A program made the translations under genes and the position numbers. Shown piece after piece: positions 27,141 to 37,938 of a stretch of DNA of 64,000 bases. This stretch comes from Cenarchaeum sp. (lineage in GTDB: Archaea > Thermoproteota > Nitrososphaeria > Nitrososphaerales > Nitrosopumilaceae), in contig OZ243037.1 of the NCBI GenBank assembly GCA_965212015.1, positions 160,001 to 224,000 on the forward strand, in the 5' to 3' direction. The notes beneath the pieces are model-generated. The model had not been told where the DNA came from and searched no databases. It was given only the letters and a program-made list of their open reading frames with translations. Positions within the stretch are counted from its first letter, which is position 1; every line of letters starts with the position of its first letter.

Positions 27141-27668
27141 ATGAACTATACCATACTCTATATCTTTGGCGGAATCCTGGTTCTGGTCCCGCCACACGTA
27201 ATTGGGATTGCATTTTTGATCCTCCTGTACACCTATAGGCGGCTCTCAAGGCAGGAGAATGACGACGAGCAAACCAATGACTGCGAGCAGTTAGACGCAG
27301 AGCAGCCGGGATACGGCGCGCCCATAAAAAATGCGAGTCCCGACGAGAAGGAATACCTGGACTTTGAAAGTGAGTTCAACAATAAGGAATACGAGCGAGT
27401 GCAAAAAAAGGCTGCGCTAGATCCGGTCACGACACGCTTGGCTGTGAAACCCTCGAGACGCCGGAATCCTTTGAGACATGAAACATATTGTCCACGTACG
27501 CCTCTAGCTCCTTTTCATGCGATACCAGGATTATCTGCTCGGAGCTCAGCCCGTCTAGAACGGATCGGATTTTGGATAGCTGCGCCTTTGAGAACCCGTC
27601 AGTCGGCTCGTCTAGTATCAGCAGGTTCGACTCTAGGGATTCCGTCTCTTGTCTCATCAGTAAATTAA
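27141..27668 (+). CDS. Hypothetical membrane protein (3' end uncertain)
   Basis: N-terminal double hydrophobic stretch and acidic tail; last ~240 nt are antisense to rad50. Confidence 0.45.
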   Translation: MNYTILYIFGGILVLVPPHVIGIAFLILLYTYRRLSRQENDDEQTNDCEQLDAEQPGYGAPIKNASPDEKEYLDFESEFNNKEYERVQKKAALDPVTTRLAVKPSRRRNPLRHETYCPRTPLAPFHAIPGLSARSSARLERIGFWIAAPLRTRQSARLVSAGSTLGIPSLVSSVN

Positions 27669-29865
27669 GCGTCAGTCTGTAGGCTAGAGCGATGCTGGTG
27701 CGCTCGCCTCCGGACATATGGTTGATTTCCTGCATGTATCCGTCCTGTTCTATTATGGGGGTGAAATTTTCGTCAATTCGGGACTCCTTTGTCGGATCAT
27801 CAATCAAAATATTGTACCACTTGCAGTACGTCATGTTGAACTGCTGGTGGATTGACAGCAGGGTCTGCTTTTCTATCTTGTCTACGGTGGGAATGAAAAA
27901 CTCTTTGATCCAATCGCGGCAATTCCGGTATTTTGAGTAATGTGCCAGCCATTTTTTTGCATCAAGTGCGCCCTTGTTGTCCTCCGAGAGCCTCTGTTTT
28001 TCATTTTTAAGATTCTCGCCGTGTGCGGCAAGACTGGACGCATCGTCGGCGATCTTTTGCTGTATTTTACGCAGCCTGCTCTCGCAGCTTTTTATCTCTG
28101 CGTTTAGACTTGGAAACTCTTTGATTTTTTCCTGCGTGTCTGACAGGGCTTTTTCCTCGCGCGAAATCTCTGCCTCGGTATCTAGCAGCAAACCCTGGTG
28201 CCTCTCTAATCCGGCTTTTGCCCTTTTTTGCTTGTCCTGAAGCTCGGAATACATTGCCTGCGAGTTATTGTATGATACCAGTGCGTCTTTTAGCTCCGTG
28301 AGGTATTCTGTGGGACTGTCAGTTTTGGATGCAGGTGCGTCCTTTATCCTGTTTTGCGCCTCTAGCGTCTTTATCCGGGATTTGAGACTGGCAATCTCGC
28401 CTGATTTTTTGGCATATTCCCGTATTCTTGGAATTACTCTCTCCAGTGACTTCAACTCTGAGGAATACTCTGTGATCTGCGCATCCATCGTGTGAATCTC
28501 GGACTGTATTTTTTCACGCTCTGCTTTTTCCTTTTTTAGGGCCTGCTCGGCTTTTGTGATTTTTCCGTCCAGCTCGCCGTCTAGTTTTTTCCGGTGATCC
28601 GGCGTAATCTCGTTTCTGCATACCGGGCATTTCGAGCCCAGCCCTGCAATTTTTTTTACGTCGTTTTGCAGGCCGTCCAGGTTCGCCTGGCCCCTGATGA
28701 TCGCATTGTGTACGCCCTGGTAAATTCCCCGTTTTTCTTCCAGGTCGCCGGAAATACCCGCAAGCGATTTTTCTAGCCTGTTTTTTTCCGCCTCTAGCGA
28801 GTCTGGATCCGTATTTTTGCTGGTGCCAAGCTCGTCTTCTAGCAGTTTTTGATCATCGGATACGGAATTCAGACGCGCTACTGCCACATTTATCTCGTCG
28901 TGTAATTTTCTGAATTTTTTAATCTCGCCTTCTATGTGTGAAAGTGTTTTTGTCGTGGGTTTCTTGGGCAGTGCGAATTTTTCAATCCTGTCATTTGCGC
29001 CTTTTAGTTCGCCCTCCATTGTCCTAATCTCTGCATTGATGGTGTTGAGACCGGATTTTTTTGCCGAAATATTGTGCTTTAAATCCGCCTCCCGGGTGTC
29101 CAGCCGTGCCTTTTGCACACTGTTATTATGAAGCTCTTTTGACCTTGAATCCTCATTTTTACGGGCTGTTTCGTTTTCTTTTTGTGCCGTTTTTAGCTTT
29201 GCTATGAGTAATGTTGTCTTTGAGATTTGTTTTTTTGACTCGTCAATTCTTGACTCTAGGGCATCCAAACCGGAGAACCTCTCACTGAATTTTGACATTG
29301 TAGAGTTTATCGACTGTGCCAGCATTTTTGCATTCTCTGATGCCGTCTTGTAAACCTCCACGCCAAACGCCCGGCGGATGATCTCGAGGCGCTTTGCGCT
29401 GTCTGAGAGTATCTGCTTCATCTCTTCTTGCGGGGTGAATACGGCGTACCGGAATATCCTGCTTACGGCCCTGGGGTCGGTTGGCTCGTTGAATTTGAGT
29501 ATGTTCAAAATCCGCTGCTTTAGCTCCGAAGGAGACAGCGGCTCTTTTACGCCGTCCTCTGAGAGGTACGATTTTTTTGCATCCTGGTGTATGGAGCCGG
29601 TCCTTCTGTTTAGCACCCGTTTTATCACGTATGACTTGTCATACGCCGAAAATTTCAGCAGGACGCTTCCGGTCTCTGATTTTTTTGCAAGAAGCGCCTC
29701 GGGTTTCTGGGATCCCAGGCCGAATAGCGCAAACTCTATTCCCATCAGGACAGAGGTCTTTCCAGATCCGTTGTCGCCCTCAAACAGGGTGATTCCGCGC
29801 GGAAAGCTGATCTCTGTATTTTTGTAGCTGCGAATGTTTTCGAGCTCTATTGACTCAAGAATCAT
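27427..29865 (-). CDS. rad50: DNA double-strand break repair ATPase Rad50
   Basis: GDNGSGKT Walker A, coiled coils, CPVC zinc hook, MSGGE signature, LILDEPT. Confidence 0.95.
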   Translation of the reverse strand: MILESIELENIRSYKNTEISFPRGITLFEGDNGSGKTSVLMGIEFALFGLGSQKPEALLAKKSETGSVLLKFSAYDKSYVIKRVLNRRTGSIHQDAKKSYLSEDGVKEPLSPSELKQRILNILKFNEPTDPRAVSRIFRYAVFTPQEEMKQILSDSAKRLEIIRRAFGVEVYKTASENAKMLAQSINSTMSKFSERFSGLDALESRIDESKKQISKTTLLIAKLKTAQKENETARKNEDSRSKELHNNSVQKARLDTREADLKHNISAKKSGLNTINAEIRTMEGELKGANDRIEKFALPKKPTTKTLSHIEGEIKKFRKLHDEINVAVARLNSVSDDQKLLEDELGTSKNTDPDSLEAEKNRLEKSLAGISGDLEEKRGIYQGVHNAIIRGQANLDGLQNDVKKIAGLGSKCPVCRNEITPDHRKKLDGELDGKITKAEQALKKEKAEREKIQSEIHTMDAQITEYSSELKSLERVIPRIREYAKKSGEIASLKSRIKTLEAQNRIKDAPASKTDSPTEYLTELKDALVSYNNSQAMYSELQDKQKRAKAGLERHQGLLLDTEAEISREEKALSDTQEKIKEFPSLNAEIKSCESRLRKIQQKIADDASSLAAHGENLKNEKQRLSEDNKGALDAKKWLAHYSKYRNCRDWIKEFFIPTVDKIEKQTLLSIHQQFNMTYCKWYNILIDDPTKESRIDENFTPIIEQDGYMQEINHMSGGERTSIALAYRLTLNLLMRQETESLESNLLILDEPTDGFSKAQLSKIRSVLDGLSSEQIILVSHEKELEAYVDNMFHVSKDSGVSRVSQPSVS

Positions 29866-31111
29866 CTGCGTCCAGTCCCATGGTCATCAAGGCGCCCTGC
29901 TGTATCCTTTTCTGATACGCGTCTTTTTTTTCGTTTGCTAGCGGCGGATTCCCGATCTCCCGGAGCAGTGCCTTGGCCAGCGACATTCCCCTGCCCCCGA
30001 CTAGCTCCTTTTGATCCAGTTTTACCTCCCCGATATTCTCCGAAAACACGTTTTCCTCGATCTCTTTTTTGTTGTCACCGCTTGCCTCTGTAATCCTGTA
30101 TTCCCTGGAGCTAAACTGGTTCCTGCTGAGGTTGACTATTAGCGCGCCCTTGTCCACAAGTTCGTCTCTGACCCGGACCAGATCCACGTCCGTGGTCTTG
30201 CCCGAGGTCAGCTCCCCCCTTATCCTGACTAGCACAATCTTGCCTTTGGGGTTTGTTTTCTGCGTCTTTTCGCGCAGCTCGTCGTTTATGGACTCTGCCA
30301 TCCTGTTGTCTGCATTGACCTCGATCATCTCATAGCTTGTATTTGGAATCCGTACCAGCTCTACTTTTTTTACCGCATCACCGAATTCTGCAAGTACAAA
30401 GCCGCGAACCTGCCCCCTTGCATTGTCCTCCAAATCGCTGTAATATCCCGCAAACGGCGTTCCGGGATAAACCACGTGTGAATGATCCTCGTACTGCTGG
30501 TGTGAAAACCGGTGCAGGTGTCCGCCCGCATAATAGTCAAAGCCCCTTGGAAGAAGCGACAGCGGCATATAGTCGCCCTCGGAACCCTCGCCTATCTTCA
30601 TCTCTGCTATCCCGCCATGAAAAAGAAATATCTTGAATCCCTGCTCTGATTCCAGGCTTTTTCTGTCCAGCTTTTCATAGTATTCCACATCCTTGCCTGC
30701 CTTGAGCCCCGAAAAGCCGGCTATCTTTGCGCCGGTCTTTTTATCCGTCACAAAGTCCAGCGTTATGGTCTCGTCTGCTGATTCCCTGACCCGGGTCACC
30801 TTGATGATATAGCCAATCTCCTCGAGCAGATCGATTACAGAGTTTGAAACAGGCGAGAAATCGTGGCTTCCATACACCACATACACCGGGATTCCGGCGT
30901 CGTGGACTTGGCGGAATTTTCCAAAGGCGAACTTTTGCACTCGCATCTCTGGAATGTTTACATGAAACAGGTCTCCAGCAATCAGGATAAAATCCACCTT
31001 TAACGATATGCACTTGTCCAGTGATCTCTCAAAGACGTCCTGCTCTATTTTTTGCAGCGACTCGCTTTTCTGAAAGCCCAGATGAATGTCTGCGAGATGG
31101 GCAAATCTCAT
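29855..31111 (-). CDS. mre11: Mre11 nuclease
   Basis: DIHLG, GDLFH, GSHD, FH, GHLH, YPG. Confidence 0.94.
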   Translation of the reverse strand: MRFAHLADIHLGFQKSESLQKIEQDVFERSLDKCISLKVDFILIAGDLFHVNIPEMRVQKFAFGKFRQVHDAGIPVYVVYGSHDFSPVSNSVIDLLEEIGYIIKVTRVRESADETITLDFVTDKKTGAKIAGFSGLKAGKDVEYYEKLDRKSLESEQGFKIFLFHGGIAEMKIGEGSEGDYMPLSLLPRGFDYYAGGHLHRFSHQQYEDHSHVVYPGTPFAGYYSDLEDNARGQVRGFVLAEFGDAVKKVELVRIPNTSYEMIEVNADNRMAESINDELREKTQKTNPKGKIVLVRIRGELTSGKTTDVDLVRVRDELVDKGALIVNLSRNQFSSREYRITEASGDNKKEIEENVFSENIGEVKLDQKELVGGRGMSLAKALLREIGNPPLANEKKDAYQKRIQQGALMTMGLDADDS

Positions 31112-32671
31112 TTAAAACACCTTTGTCTTGCCGGATTTTGCAGCCGGTCTCTGTTTTTTGATAAAGTCGTCAAACAGGGGAATCTTTATCGGCACTGCAA
31201 ACGGGACAAATATGCTGGTGATGATGGCCTCTCCCTTGTCAAGGCTTGCAATGCTCCTGTCGTCCTCTGAGAGGTCTTGTGATGCCGAGGATATTATCGC
31301 GTCGCGCTCTTGCTTCATCTCGTTGCCCAGGATTATCTTTGTATTTATGTTTGCAAGGATGGATCTGGGTATGACGCTTGAGAGCTGGGTTATGGCCACA
31401 AGTCCGATCTTGAACTTGCGGCCCTCCTTTGCAATCGTGGCATAGATGTTGCTGTTTTTGGACGTCAGCACGTCCTCGCCGATGACACGCGGCGCCTCCT
31501 CTATTACTATTGACACGATTGGTTTGCGCTCTATCTCGCCGGTCTCTTTGTATTTTTTGTACCTGCCAAGCAGCTTGGATGCTACTATGTTTCCCACAAT
31601 CAGCTCCGCCTCGTTGCCCAGCCGGGACGTGTCCAAAACTACCACCCTTCCGTGCTCGACGTGGCTTGCAATGTCGTCTGCCGTGCCAAGTCCCTTGGTG
31701 CCCGAATCAAACACCTTGTGTCTTGATATCAGCTCGCCTGCCTCGTCGCGTTCCAGGCCCAGAATCACGCGCATCTTTCGCTGAATCACGCTCATTGTCA
31801 CTTTTGCCGTTTGATCCTTGCTGGTTTCAGAATCGGTAGTCATGAGTATCTTTATCCAGTTGCTGCTGTGCCTTTTGTGGTACGTCTGGATTGCCTGCAT
31901 CTGCGCGTCTGAAAAATTCATAATCCCCTCAAAATGCTCGGGCAGTATCGACTGCAGGTTGATTGCGAGCCTGTGCGCACCGGGCGGGGGCGTAGTGGGA
32001 GTATAGTATACGAGATTGTTCTTCGAGTTGGGGTGATCCTTGAGGCCTGCCTCCTGCAGTCCAAAGTATTCATTGTGTGCGTCAAGCACAAGGCTGCCTA
32101 CCCTGTTTGAATCCAGGACATGCCATAATACGGTCTTTACCAGATTTGACTTTCCACGCCCAGTCGTTGCCGGAATCAGGACATGGTGTGAGAACACATC
32201 ATCGGCCCGCAACCATACCTTTGCCTCCCTGATGACCTTGGTTCCGCTCCGGATGTATCCGACAAAGATCTGATTTTCGTCCTTTTGCAGGAATTTCAGG
32301 TCCTCACTTGAGACCAGGCGGAGCTTGCTGAAAAACGACGGCATCGACTTTGGAATGCTTACAGTATCGCCATCGGCAGATACCCTGGCCAGCGACTTGA
32401 TTTTTGCCAGTGTATAGTTGACAAACTCTGGTTCGTAGAATCGTGCATCGGCCACGCTCTGCTCCAGGGTCACGCCGGACATCATTTGCTGCATTCTGTC
32501 TTTGATTTGTGAGCCGTACTCTAGCGCAAAGACCTGCAATATGAGGCGGGAGTCCTTCTCCTCTGAGATTAGCAGATCGCCAATCTCTAGATCGACTCCG
32601 GCCTTTTGTCTTACTATAATGTCGCCGAATTTTCCGCCGACTACCTGGCCTACTATTGAAATGTCGTCCAT
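31112..32671 (-). CDS. herA: HerA helicase
   Basis: N-terminal HAS barrel, [20 protein letters not shown]...ITQ. Confidence 0.93.
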   Translation of the reverse strand: MDDISIVGQVVGGKFGDIIVRQKAGVDLEIGDLLISEEKDSRLILQVFALEYGSQIKDRMQQMMSGVTLEQSVADARFYEPEFVNYTLAKIKSLARVSADGDTVSIPKSMPSFFSKLRLVSSEDLKFLQKDENQIFVGYIRSGTKVIREAKVWLRADDVFSHHVLIPATTGRGKSNLVKTVLWHVLDSNRVGSLVLDAHNEYFGLQEAGLKDHPNSKNNLVYYTPTTPPPGAHRLAINLQSILPEHFEGIMNFSDAQMQAIQTYHKRHSSNWIKILMTTDSETSKDQTAKVTMSVIQRKMRVILGLERDEAGELISRHKVFDSGTKGLGTADDIASHVEHGRVVVLDTSRLGNEAELIVGNIVASKLLGRYKKYKETGEIERKPIVSIVIEEAPRVIGEDVLTSKNSNIYATIAKEGRKFKIGLVAITQLSSVIPRSILANINTKIILGNEMKQERDAIISSASQDLSEDDRSIASLDKGEAIITSIFVPFAVPIKIPLFDDFIKKQRPAAKSGKTKVF

Positions 32672-33768
32672 TAGCTGGTCACCTCGTTGAGAACATTGTG
32701 CGCGCCCATCATGCTGGAATTATTTTCCAGATCTTTCCATTCGGGATTTCTGCGGCGTATGGCATACAGGATTCCCTTGTACATGTCTCGCTCGTCTAGG
32801 CGCACCTGGGCGTATCTGTCTGCGTCAATCAACCCGTATGGATAGCCCAGCATGGAGATGTCCTGGGAGTTCTCGACTAGATTGTACAGCACGGAATTAA
32901 CCTCGTCGGGTTTCATTTTGTCGAACTGTTCATAAAGAATCTCGAACCTGTAGGGGAATTCGGAATCCGGATGAAGCTTTACTGCAAGCATGGCTCCACA
33001 GTCGTCAGATGTCACTCCGTCTGTGACCCTGATGTACCACCTATCATGATTCGTCTTTTTGGAGATCGCCTCTATTCTTGGAATCAGCGAATCGCCGGAT
33101 TCCGTAATCAACCGGCTTGACTTTGAGAGGCCGCATACGATGACGCCCTTGTTCTTTGCGGTTTGGTACAGCTCCTTTGCGTATTTTGCCTCGTTTTTAA
33201 AGCCGGTCTGAAGCGAGCCGTCTTTTACCAGTATGTCGCCTTCATCCAGCTCGTTTTTGACCACGTTTAGTGCAAGCCGCCATTCTGCAAACTGTCTTGC
33301 CAGCGAGTTTAGCCTGTGCTTTTGGAGCACGGTTGTGCCCTCTGCAGACGACGTCAGGTCGGATTCGTCAGGCAGGTGGACTTTGTCCTCCCTGCCGTAC
33401 GCAAACAGTTTGGTATTGTAGGACAGCTTTTTTTGCCCCGCCCTTGTCTGTATGTCCGACACCACATAGGAGAAAAACTGTATTCTGTGGTTCATGGCAG
33501 GCATTATTCTTTTCTTTCCGCGAAACAGCGAATAGCTGACCCTGTTGATGGTGATCAAATAATTGGGCGCCTCATCTAACAGTCCGTCCCCTCCGTCGAT
33601 GAACGCGATTTTTCTTGAAACCGGAGCAGGCCTAATCCCGTTGAATTCCGACGGTACTAGCTCGTATACCTTTCCCTTTTCGAATTTCAATACCCTGTCT
33701 GAATGCTCTCTTTTTGTCAGCCGCCGTCCTAGATCGCCAACGAGGTTCCTCAGGGGGTCGTCTGCCAT
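32671..33768 (-). CDS. nurA: NurA 5'-3' nuclease
   Basis: [28 protein letters not shown]; operon context. Confidence 0.9.
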   Translation of the reverse strand: MADDPLRNLVGDLGRRLTKREHSDRVLKFEKGKVYELVPSEFNGIRPAPVSRKIAFIDGGDGLLDEAPNYLITINRVSYSLFRGKKRIMPAMNHRIQFFSYVVSDIQTRAGQKKLSYNTKLFAYGREDKVHLPDESDLTSSAEGTTVLQKHRLNSLARQFAEWRLALNVVKNELDEGDILVKDGSLQTGFKNEAKYAKELYQTAKNKGVIVCGLSKSSRLITESGDSLIPRIEAISKKTNHDRWYIRVTDGVTSDDCGAMLAVKLHPDSEFPYRFEILYEQFDKMKPDEVNSVLYNLVENSQDISMLGYPYGLIDADRYAQVRLDERDMYKGILYAIRRRNPEWKDLENNSSMMGAHNVLNEVTS

Positions 33769-33946
33769 ACGCTATCACCGCATTCCCGCTCTAAGACTAT
33801 TGCCAATACCCATGATCATACCACGGGTCAATTCTTTATTAACTTCTGCGTGGGCCTCAAGGGGGCACCTGCCTAATTCCGCCAAAAACTGCGTTATCGT
33901 TTCCTTGAAACAGCATTAATACGAGAGAAATCCAGCAATCTGTGCC

Positions 33947-34762
33947 TTGAAGAGAATTGCAATTCTGGGGTGTGGCGCGATGGGAACACAGATAGCGCAG
34001 GCAATCGACTCGGGCAGAATCAACGCCGTCCTGACCCACGTATATGATCAGGATTCCGGGCGCGCCGAATCCCTTGTCGCAAGGCTTGGAACCCGGCCGG
34101 AGATTGTCCAAAACGCCCACCTCTTGTCGTCTAACCGCACGGACCTGGTGGTGGAGGCAGCATCGCAGGACGCCGTCCGGGACGTGGCGCTGAGCGTCAT
34201 ACAGAACAGAAAGGACCTGATGATAATGAGCGTGGGGGCGCTGCTTGACGAGTCCGTATTCGAGGTGCTCTCCGATGCGTGCCGGGAGTTCAAAAAAACG
34301 ATATACCTTCCGTCCGGTGCGATTGCCGGCCTTGACGGGCTAAAGGCCGTCCGGGACGAGCTCGAATGGATCACGCTGACTAGCACAAAGCACCCGAAAT
34401 CCCTCAGGGGGGCGAGGTTCTTTGAGACATCCGGAACGGACATTGACGCAATCACCGGCCCCGAGGTGATCTTTGAGGGGACAGCCGGCGAGGCAGTCTC
34501 GCAGTTTCCCGCAAACATCAACGTGGCGGCCCTGCTGAGCCTTGCAGCCGGGGATGCGCCTGTTACGGTAAAGATCATTGCAGATCCGGCGACTGCCAGA
34601 AACACGCACAGGATAGACGCCGGAGGCAAGTTCGGAAAAATGTCACTCACAGTTGAAAACATGCCGGATGCCGCAAACCCAAAGACGAGCCACCTTGCAG
34701 TGGCCTCTGCCATAGAGAAGCTCAGGATTGTATGCTCAGAGGGCATACAGCTGGGCACATAA
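33947..34762 (+). CDS. nadX: L-aspartate dehydrogenase
   Basis: GCGAMG, EAASQ, SGAIAGLD, FPANINVAA, NPKTS. Confidence 0.94.
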   Translation: MKRIAILGCGAMGTQIAQAIDSGRINAVLTHVYDQDSGRAESLVARLGTRPEIVQNAHLLSSNRTDLVVEAASQDAVRDVALSVIQNRKDLMIMSVGALLDESVFEVLSDACREFKKTIYLPSGAIAGLDGLKAVRDELEWITLTSTKHPKSLRGARFFETSGTDIDAITGPEVIFEGTAGEAVSQFPANINVAALLSLAAGDAPVTVKIIADPATARNTHRIDAGGKFGKMSLTVENMPDAANPKTSHLAVASAIEKLRIVCSEGIQLGT

Positions 34763-34852
34763 ATCAGGCAAATCTTGCCGTGATTGGCATGGTTCGTGGG
34801 CGTATGTGCATGAACCTTTTCCTTTAAATCCCCAAATTATACAATAACTGCA

Positions 34853-35803
34853 ATGCTGGTTCAGTCACGGCTGCACGATGAGATACTGCGGCTAAAAAAG
34901 GAGCAGGACGCCGTGATTCTGGCGCACAACTATCAGGTTCCACAGGTGCAGGACGTGGCCGACTTTGTGGGCGACTCACTCGGGCTTGCAAGGGAGGCGG
35001 CAAAGACGCAGAACAGGCGGATACTTTTTTGCGGCGTCCACTTTATGGCAGAGACTGCGGCGATAATCAGCCCCGAAAAAAGGGTGCTGATTCCGGACCC
35101 CGAGGCAGGCTGCTCGCTTTCTGACTCTATTACGGTGGATGAGCTAAAAAAATGGAAGAGGCAGCACGCAGGTGCGGTCACAGTCGGCTATGTAAACACC
35201 ACCGCCGAGATAAAGGCCGAGCTTGACTATTGCTGCACGTCATCCAACGCGGTAAACATTGTGAGGGCGATTCCGGAGGACAGGGAGATACTGTTTCTGC
35301 CCGACATGTTTCTTGGCGCATTCGTATCAAAGATGACCGGAAGAAAAAACATCCGCATCTGGGCAGGCGAGTGCCATGTGCACGCCGGAATCACCCCGCA
35401 GGACGTGGAGGAAAAACTCGACTCCATGCCGGGCGCAGAGTTTGTAATACACCCCGAATGCAGCTGCACCACGCCGATGCTGCACGATGCCGCATCCGGC
35501 AGGTACGCCAAAAGAAAGATCAGCATACTCTCCACTGAGGGAATGATGCGCCACGTCAAAGAGTCCGGCGCCGACAGGTTTGTCGTCGGGACAGAAACCG
35601 GCATCCTGCACCGGATGAGGCAGCAAAACCCCGGAAAAGAGTTCGTTGCAGTATCCGACCAGGCCGAATGCAAGTACATGAAGATGATCACGCCGCAAAA
35701 GGTGCACGACTCGCTATTATACGACAGACACCACGTAACGGTTCCCGACGGGATTGCCGGCAGGGCGAGGCTTGCAATAGAGCGCATGCTTGAAATAAGC
35801 TAG
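34853..35803 (+). CDS. nadA: Quinolinate synthase
   Basis: AHNYQ, GDSL, CGVHFMAE, CHVH, HPEC. Confidence 0.96.
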   Translation: MLVQSRLHDEILRLKKEQDAVILAHNYQVPQVQDVADFVGDSLGLAREAAKTQNRRILFCGVHFMAETAAIISPEKRVLIPDPEAGCSLSDSITVDELKKWKRQHAGAVTVGYVNTTAEIKAELDYCCTSSNAVNIVRAIPEDREILFLPDMFLGAFVSKMTGRKNIRIWAGECHVHAGITPQDVEEKLDSMPGAEFVIHPECSCTTPMLHDAASGRYAKRKISILSTEGMMRHVKESGADRFVVGTETGILHRMRQQNPGKEFVAVSDQAECKYMKMITPQKVHDSLLYDRHHVTVPDGIAGRARLAIERMLEIS

Positions 35804-35817
35804 CACAAGACCGGCAC

Positions 35818-36216
35818 GTGGCATTGAGCGGATTATTCAAAAGCAGGAACCAGGACAGGCCGATCAATCTAAAGCGGGAGCTCAGAAAGCTCGTAAAGCA
35901 AAAAAAATACGACGAGGCCCTCGCAGTGGGCCGCAAAATCCTCGCAAAGACCCCGCATGACAACGACGTGTCGTTTGTGGTGGGGGGAATTTACTATATG
36001 CGGGACAGGCCACGGGACGCCATACCCTTCTTTGAGCAGGCGCTGGCGATCGGAGAATATGACACGCACGTGCTCATCCTAAAGGCAAACGCGCACCACA
36101 CGCTGGGACAGGCAGAAGAATCGCGGCTCTGCTGCCAAAAGATACTCGAAGTCGACCCGAAAAACAGGGGTGCGGCAGACCTGCTCGAAAAGCTCAGCGG
36201 CCGGCCTCCAGGCTAA
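35818..36216 (+). CDS. TPR-repeat protein
   Basis: About three TPR-like helical repeats. Confidence 0.85.
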   Translation: MALSGLFKSRNQDRPINLKRELRKLVKQKKYDEALAVGRKILAKTPHDNDVSFVVGGIYYMRDRPRDAIPFFEQALAIGEYDTHVLILKANAHHTLGQAEESRLCCQKILEVDPKNRGAADLLEKLSGRPPG

Positions 36217-37006
36217 AGTCTATGCCCCTCACCGAGCTGGTAATGGAGCCTGCCGAGATCCTGTCTATGCCGGTTTTTGCAAACCTTGAAATGTTGTGCG
36301 GGCCAATCCTGCCTGATGCCTCTAGTGTCGCGTATAGTCCCAGTTTTTTGAGCGCAAGTACGGTGCGCGATATCCTCTCTGGCGTAAAGTTGTCCAGCAT
36401 TATGACGTCTGCGCCCATCCGGGCGGCAAGGACTGCGTCGCTCTGCCTCTCGACTTCGATCTCTATCTTTTTGCCGGTTTTTTTTGCGCAGGCGAGCAGC
36501 GATGCGATGCTCCCGCCGACTGCAAGGTGGTTGTCCTTTAGCATTATCATCTCGTCAAGCGACATCCTGTGCCGGCATCCGCCGCCAATCCTTACTGCCT
36601 CCTTGTCAAAGAACCTCAGGCCCGGCGCGGTCTTTCGCGTCGCATAGACCGGAACTCCGCGGGCCTTTCTTACAAGCTCGTCTGTCTGCGTGGCAATCCC
36701 GCTCATTCTTGAGAGCAGGTTCAGCGCTGTCCTCTCGCACGAAAAGATTCCCTGCGGCGTCCCGCGAATGTCCATTATCTTTTGGTTTTTTTTTGCCCTC
36801 CGGCCGTCCCCGAGGGCTATTTTTGTCCTGCATCCGCCAAGCGCAAACACCTGGCCGGCATACCGCACCCCGGCGACGAGTGCGCCCTCCTTTGCAATGA
36901 TTCTCGCACCGATTATCTTTTCGGGCAAAAGCGCGCTTGTTGCATCCCCGCAACCGATGTCTTCTGCGAGAAACCGCCGCAGCTCATCCTTTGGATGGGC
37001 GTCCAA
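36194..37006 (-). CDS. nadC: Quinolinate phosphoribosyltransferase
   Basis: ERTALN, TRKT.PG, KDNH, IEVE, MLDN, EASG. Confidence 0.95.
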   Translation of the reverse strand: MDAHPKDELRRFLAEDIGCGDATSALLPEKIIGARIIAKEGALVAGVRYAGQVFALGGCRTKIALGDGRRAKKNQKIMDIRGTPQGIFSCERTALNLLSRMSGIATQTDELVRKARGVPVYATRKTAPGLRFFDKEAVRIGGGCRHRMSLDEMIMLKDNHLAVGGSIASLLACAKKTGKKIEIEVERQSDAVLAARMGADVIMLDNFTPERISRTVLALKKLGLYATLEASGRIGPHNISRFAKTGIDRISAGSITSSVRGIDFSLEAGR

Positions 37007-37007
37007 C

Positions 37008-37196
37008 TCAGGTTACCTTTAGCGCGTACTTTCCCTTTTCGGTTATTCCCAGCGTTGATGCTATCTGGGAGTTTGTCGGATCGACTACCAGCACTATGCC
37101 CGTCCAGTCCGGGGTGAGATCCGAGGACTTGCACGCAGGACACACCTTTCCGGTCGTCACAAACTTGCATTTTCTGCAGGCCATCTCGCGGGCCAT
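37008..37196 (-). CDS. spt4: Transcription elongation factor Spt4 (RpoE'')
   Basis: ACRKC...CPAC...W.G...GKYALKV. Confidence 0.94.
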   Translation of the reverse strand: MAREMACRKCKFVTTGKVCPACKSSDLTPDWTGIVLVVDPTNSQIASTLGITEKGKYALKVT

Positions 37197-37790
37197 TTAT
37201 TTCCCCTTTTCTGGCTTGTCCTTGCCAGAAGGCTTGTCCTTGCCCACGTTTTTAATCTCCTCGCTTATCCACTCGTCGGCCCCCAAAAACGGCTGCCTGC
37301 ACGTGATTCCGATCTTTCCCATGGCGGCGGCCTTTCCGAGCGAGACTGCGGTGATTCTTGAGCGGATAGTGGAGCCCACCCTCAGCGTCCTGCCGCTCTG
37401 GTTTGCAATTATCATTCCGGCCTTTACGTCGCTTTTCAGATAGTCGTCCATCACCTGCGAGAGGTGCAGCAGCGCGTCTGTGGGGCCTATCCTTACAAAC
37501 GCACCAAAGTCCGTAATGTCCACTATCTCGCCTTGCACTATCTCCTGGAGCTTGGGATAAAACGCCAGCGCGTCGAACTCTACCCTGTGAAACGTCCCGC
37601 CGTCGCCGGCAATCATCTTTCCCATCTCGTCGACTTTGGCATCCATGATCATAATGATGTACCCCAGATCCACGTTGATCATGCTCTCGTACTTTTCCTT
37701 CAGTATGTTTATCGCCGCCTTTTTCAGCGTGGTGCCAAATAGGTTCGGCGGAATTCTTACAACATCGACTAGGGTGGATATCGAAAACAA
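37197..37790 (-). CDS. rpo7: RNA polymerase subunit Rpo7 (E')
   Basis: DVVRIPP, GDGG, S1 domain FGAFVRIGP.DALLH.SQ, RQPFLG; start placed at TTG 37790 (ATG 37802 possible). Confidence 0.95.
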   Translation of the reverse strand: MFSISTLVDVVRIPPNLFGTTLKKAAINILKEKYESMINVDLGYIIMIMDAKVDEMGKMIAGDGGTFHRVEFDALAFYPKLQEIVQGEIVDITDFGAFVRIGPTDALLHLSQVMDDYLKSDVKAGMIIANQSGRTLRVGSTIRSRITAVSLGKAAAMGKIGITCRQPFLGADEWISEEIKNVGKDKPSGKDKPEKGK

Positions 37791-37938
37791 CTGTAAGGTC
37801 ATTTGCGAATCTCAATTTATGAACCTTTGGATAATTTCTGGCATCTTTTGGCGCCAAAACATGTGAGATGTTTGGGATTTGAGCTGATTCGTGGAATATC
37901 TGCCTATGTTTAAATAATGAGCTGGATCATCCCATTTT

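Noticed and set aside
31112-33768. HerA plus nuclease as a stand-alone anti-phage system (Sir2-HerA or DUF4297-HerA type)
   Set aside because: The partner is NurA and the genes are coupled to mre11-rad50, the known resection operon
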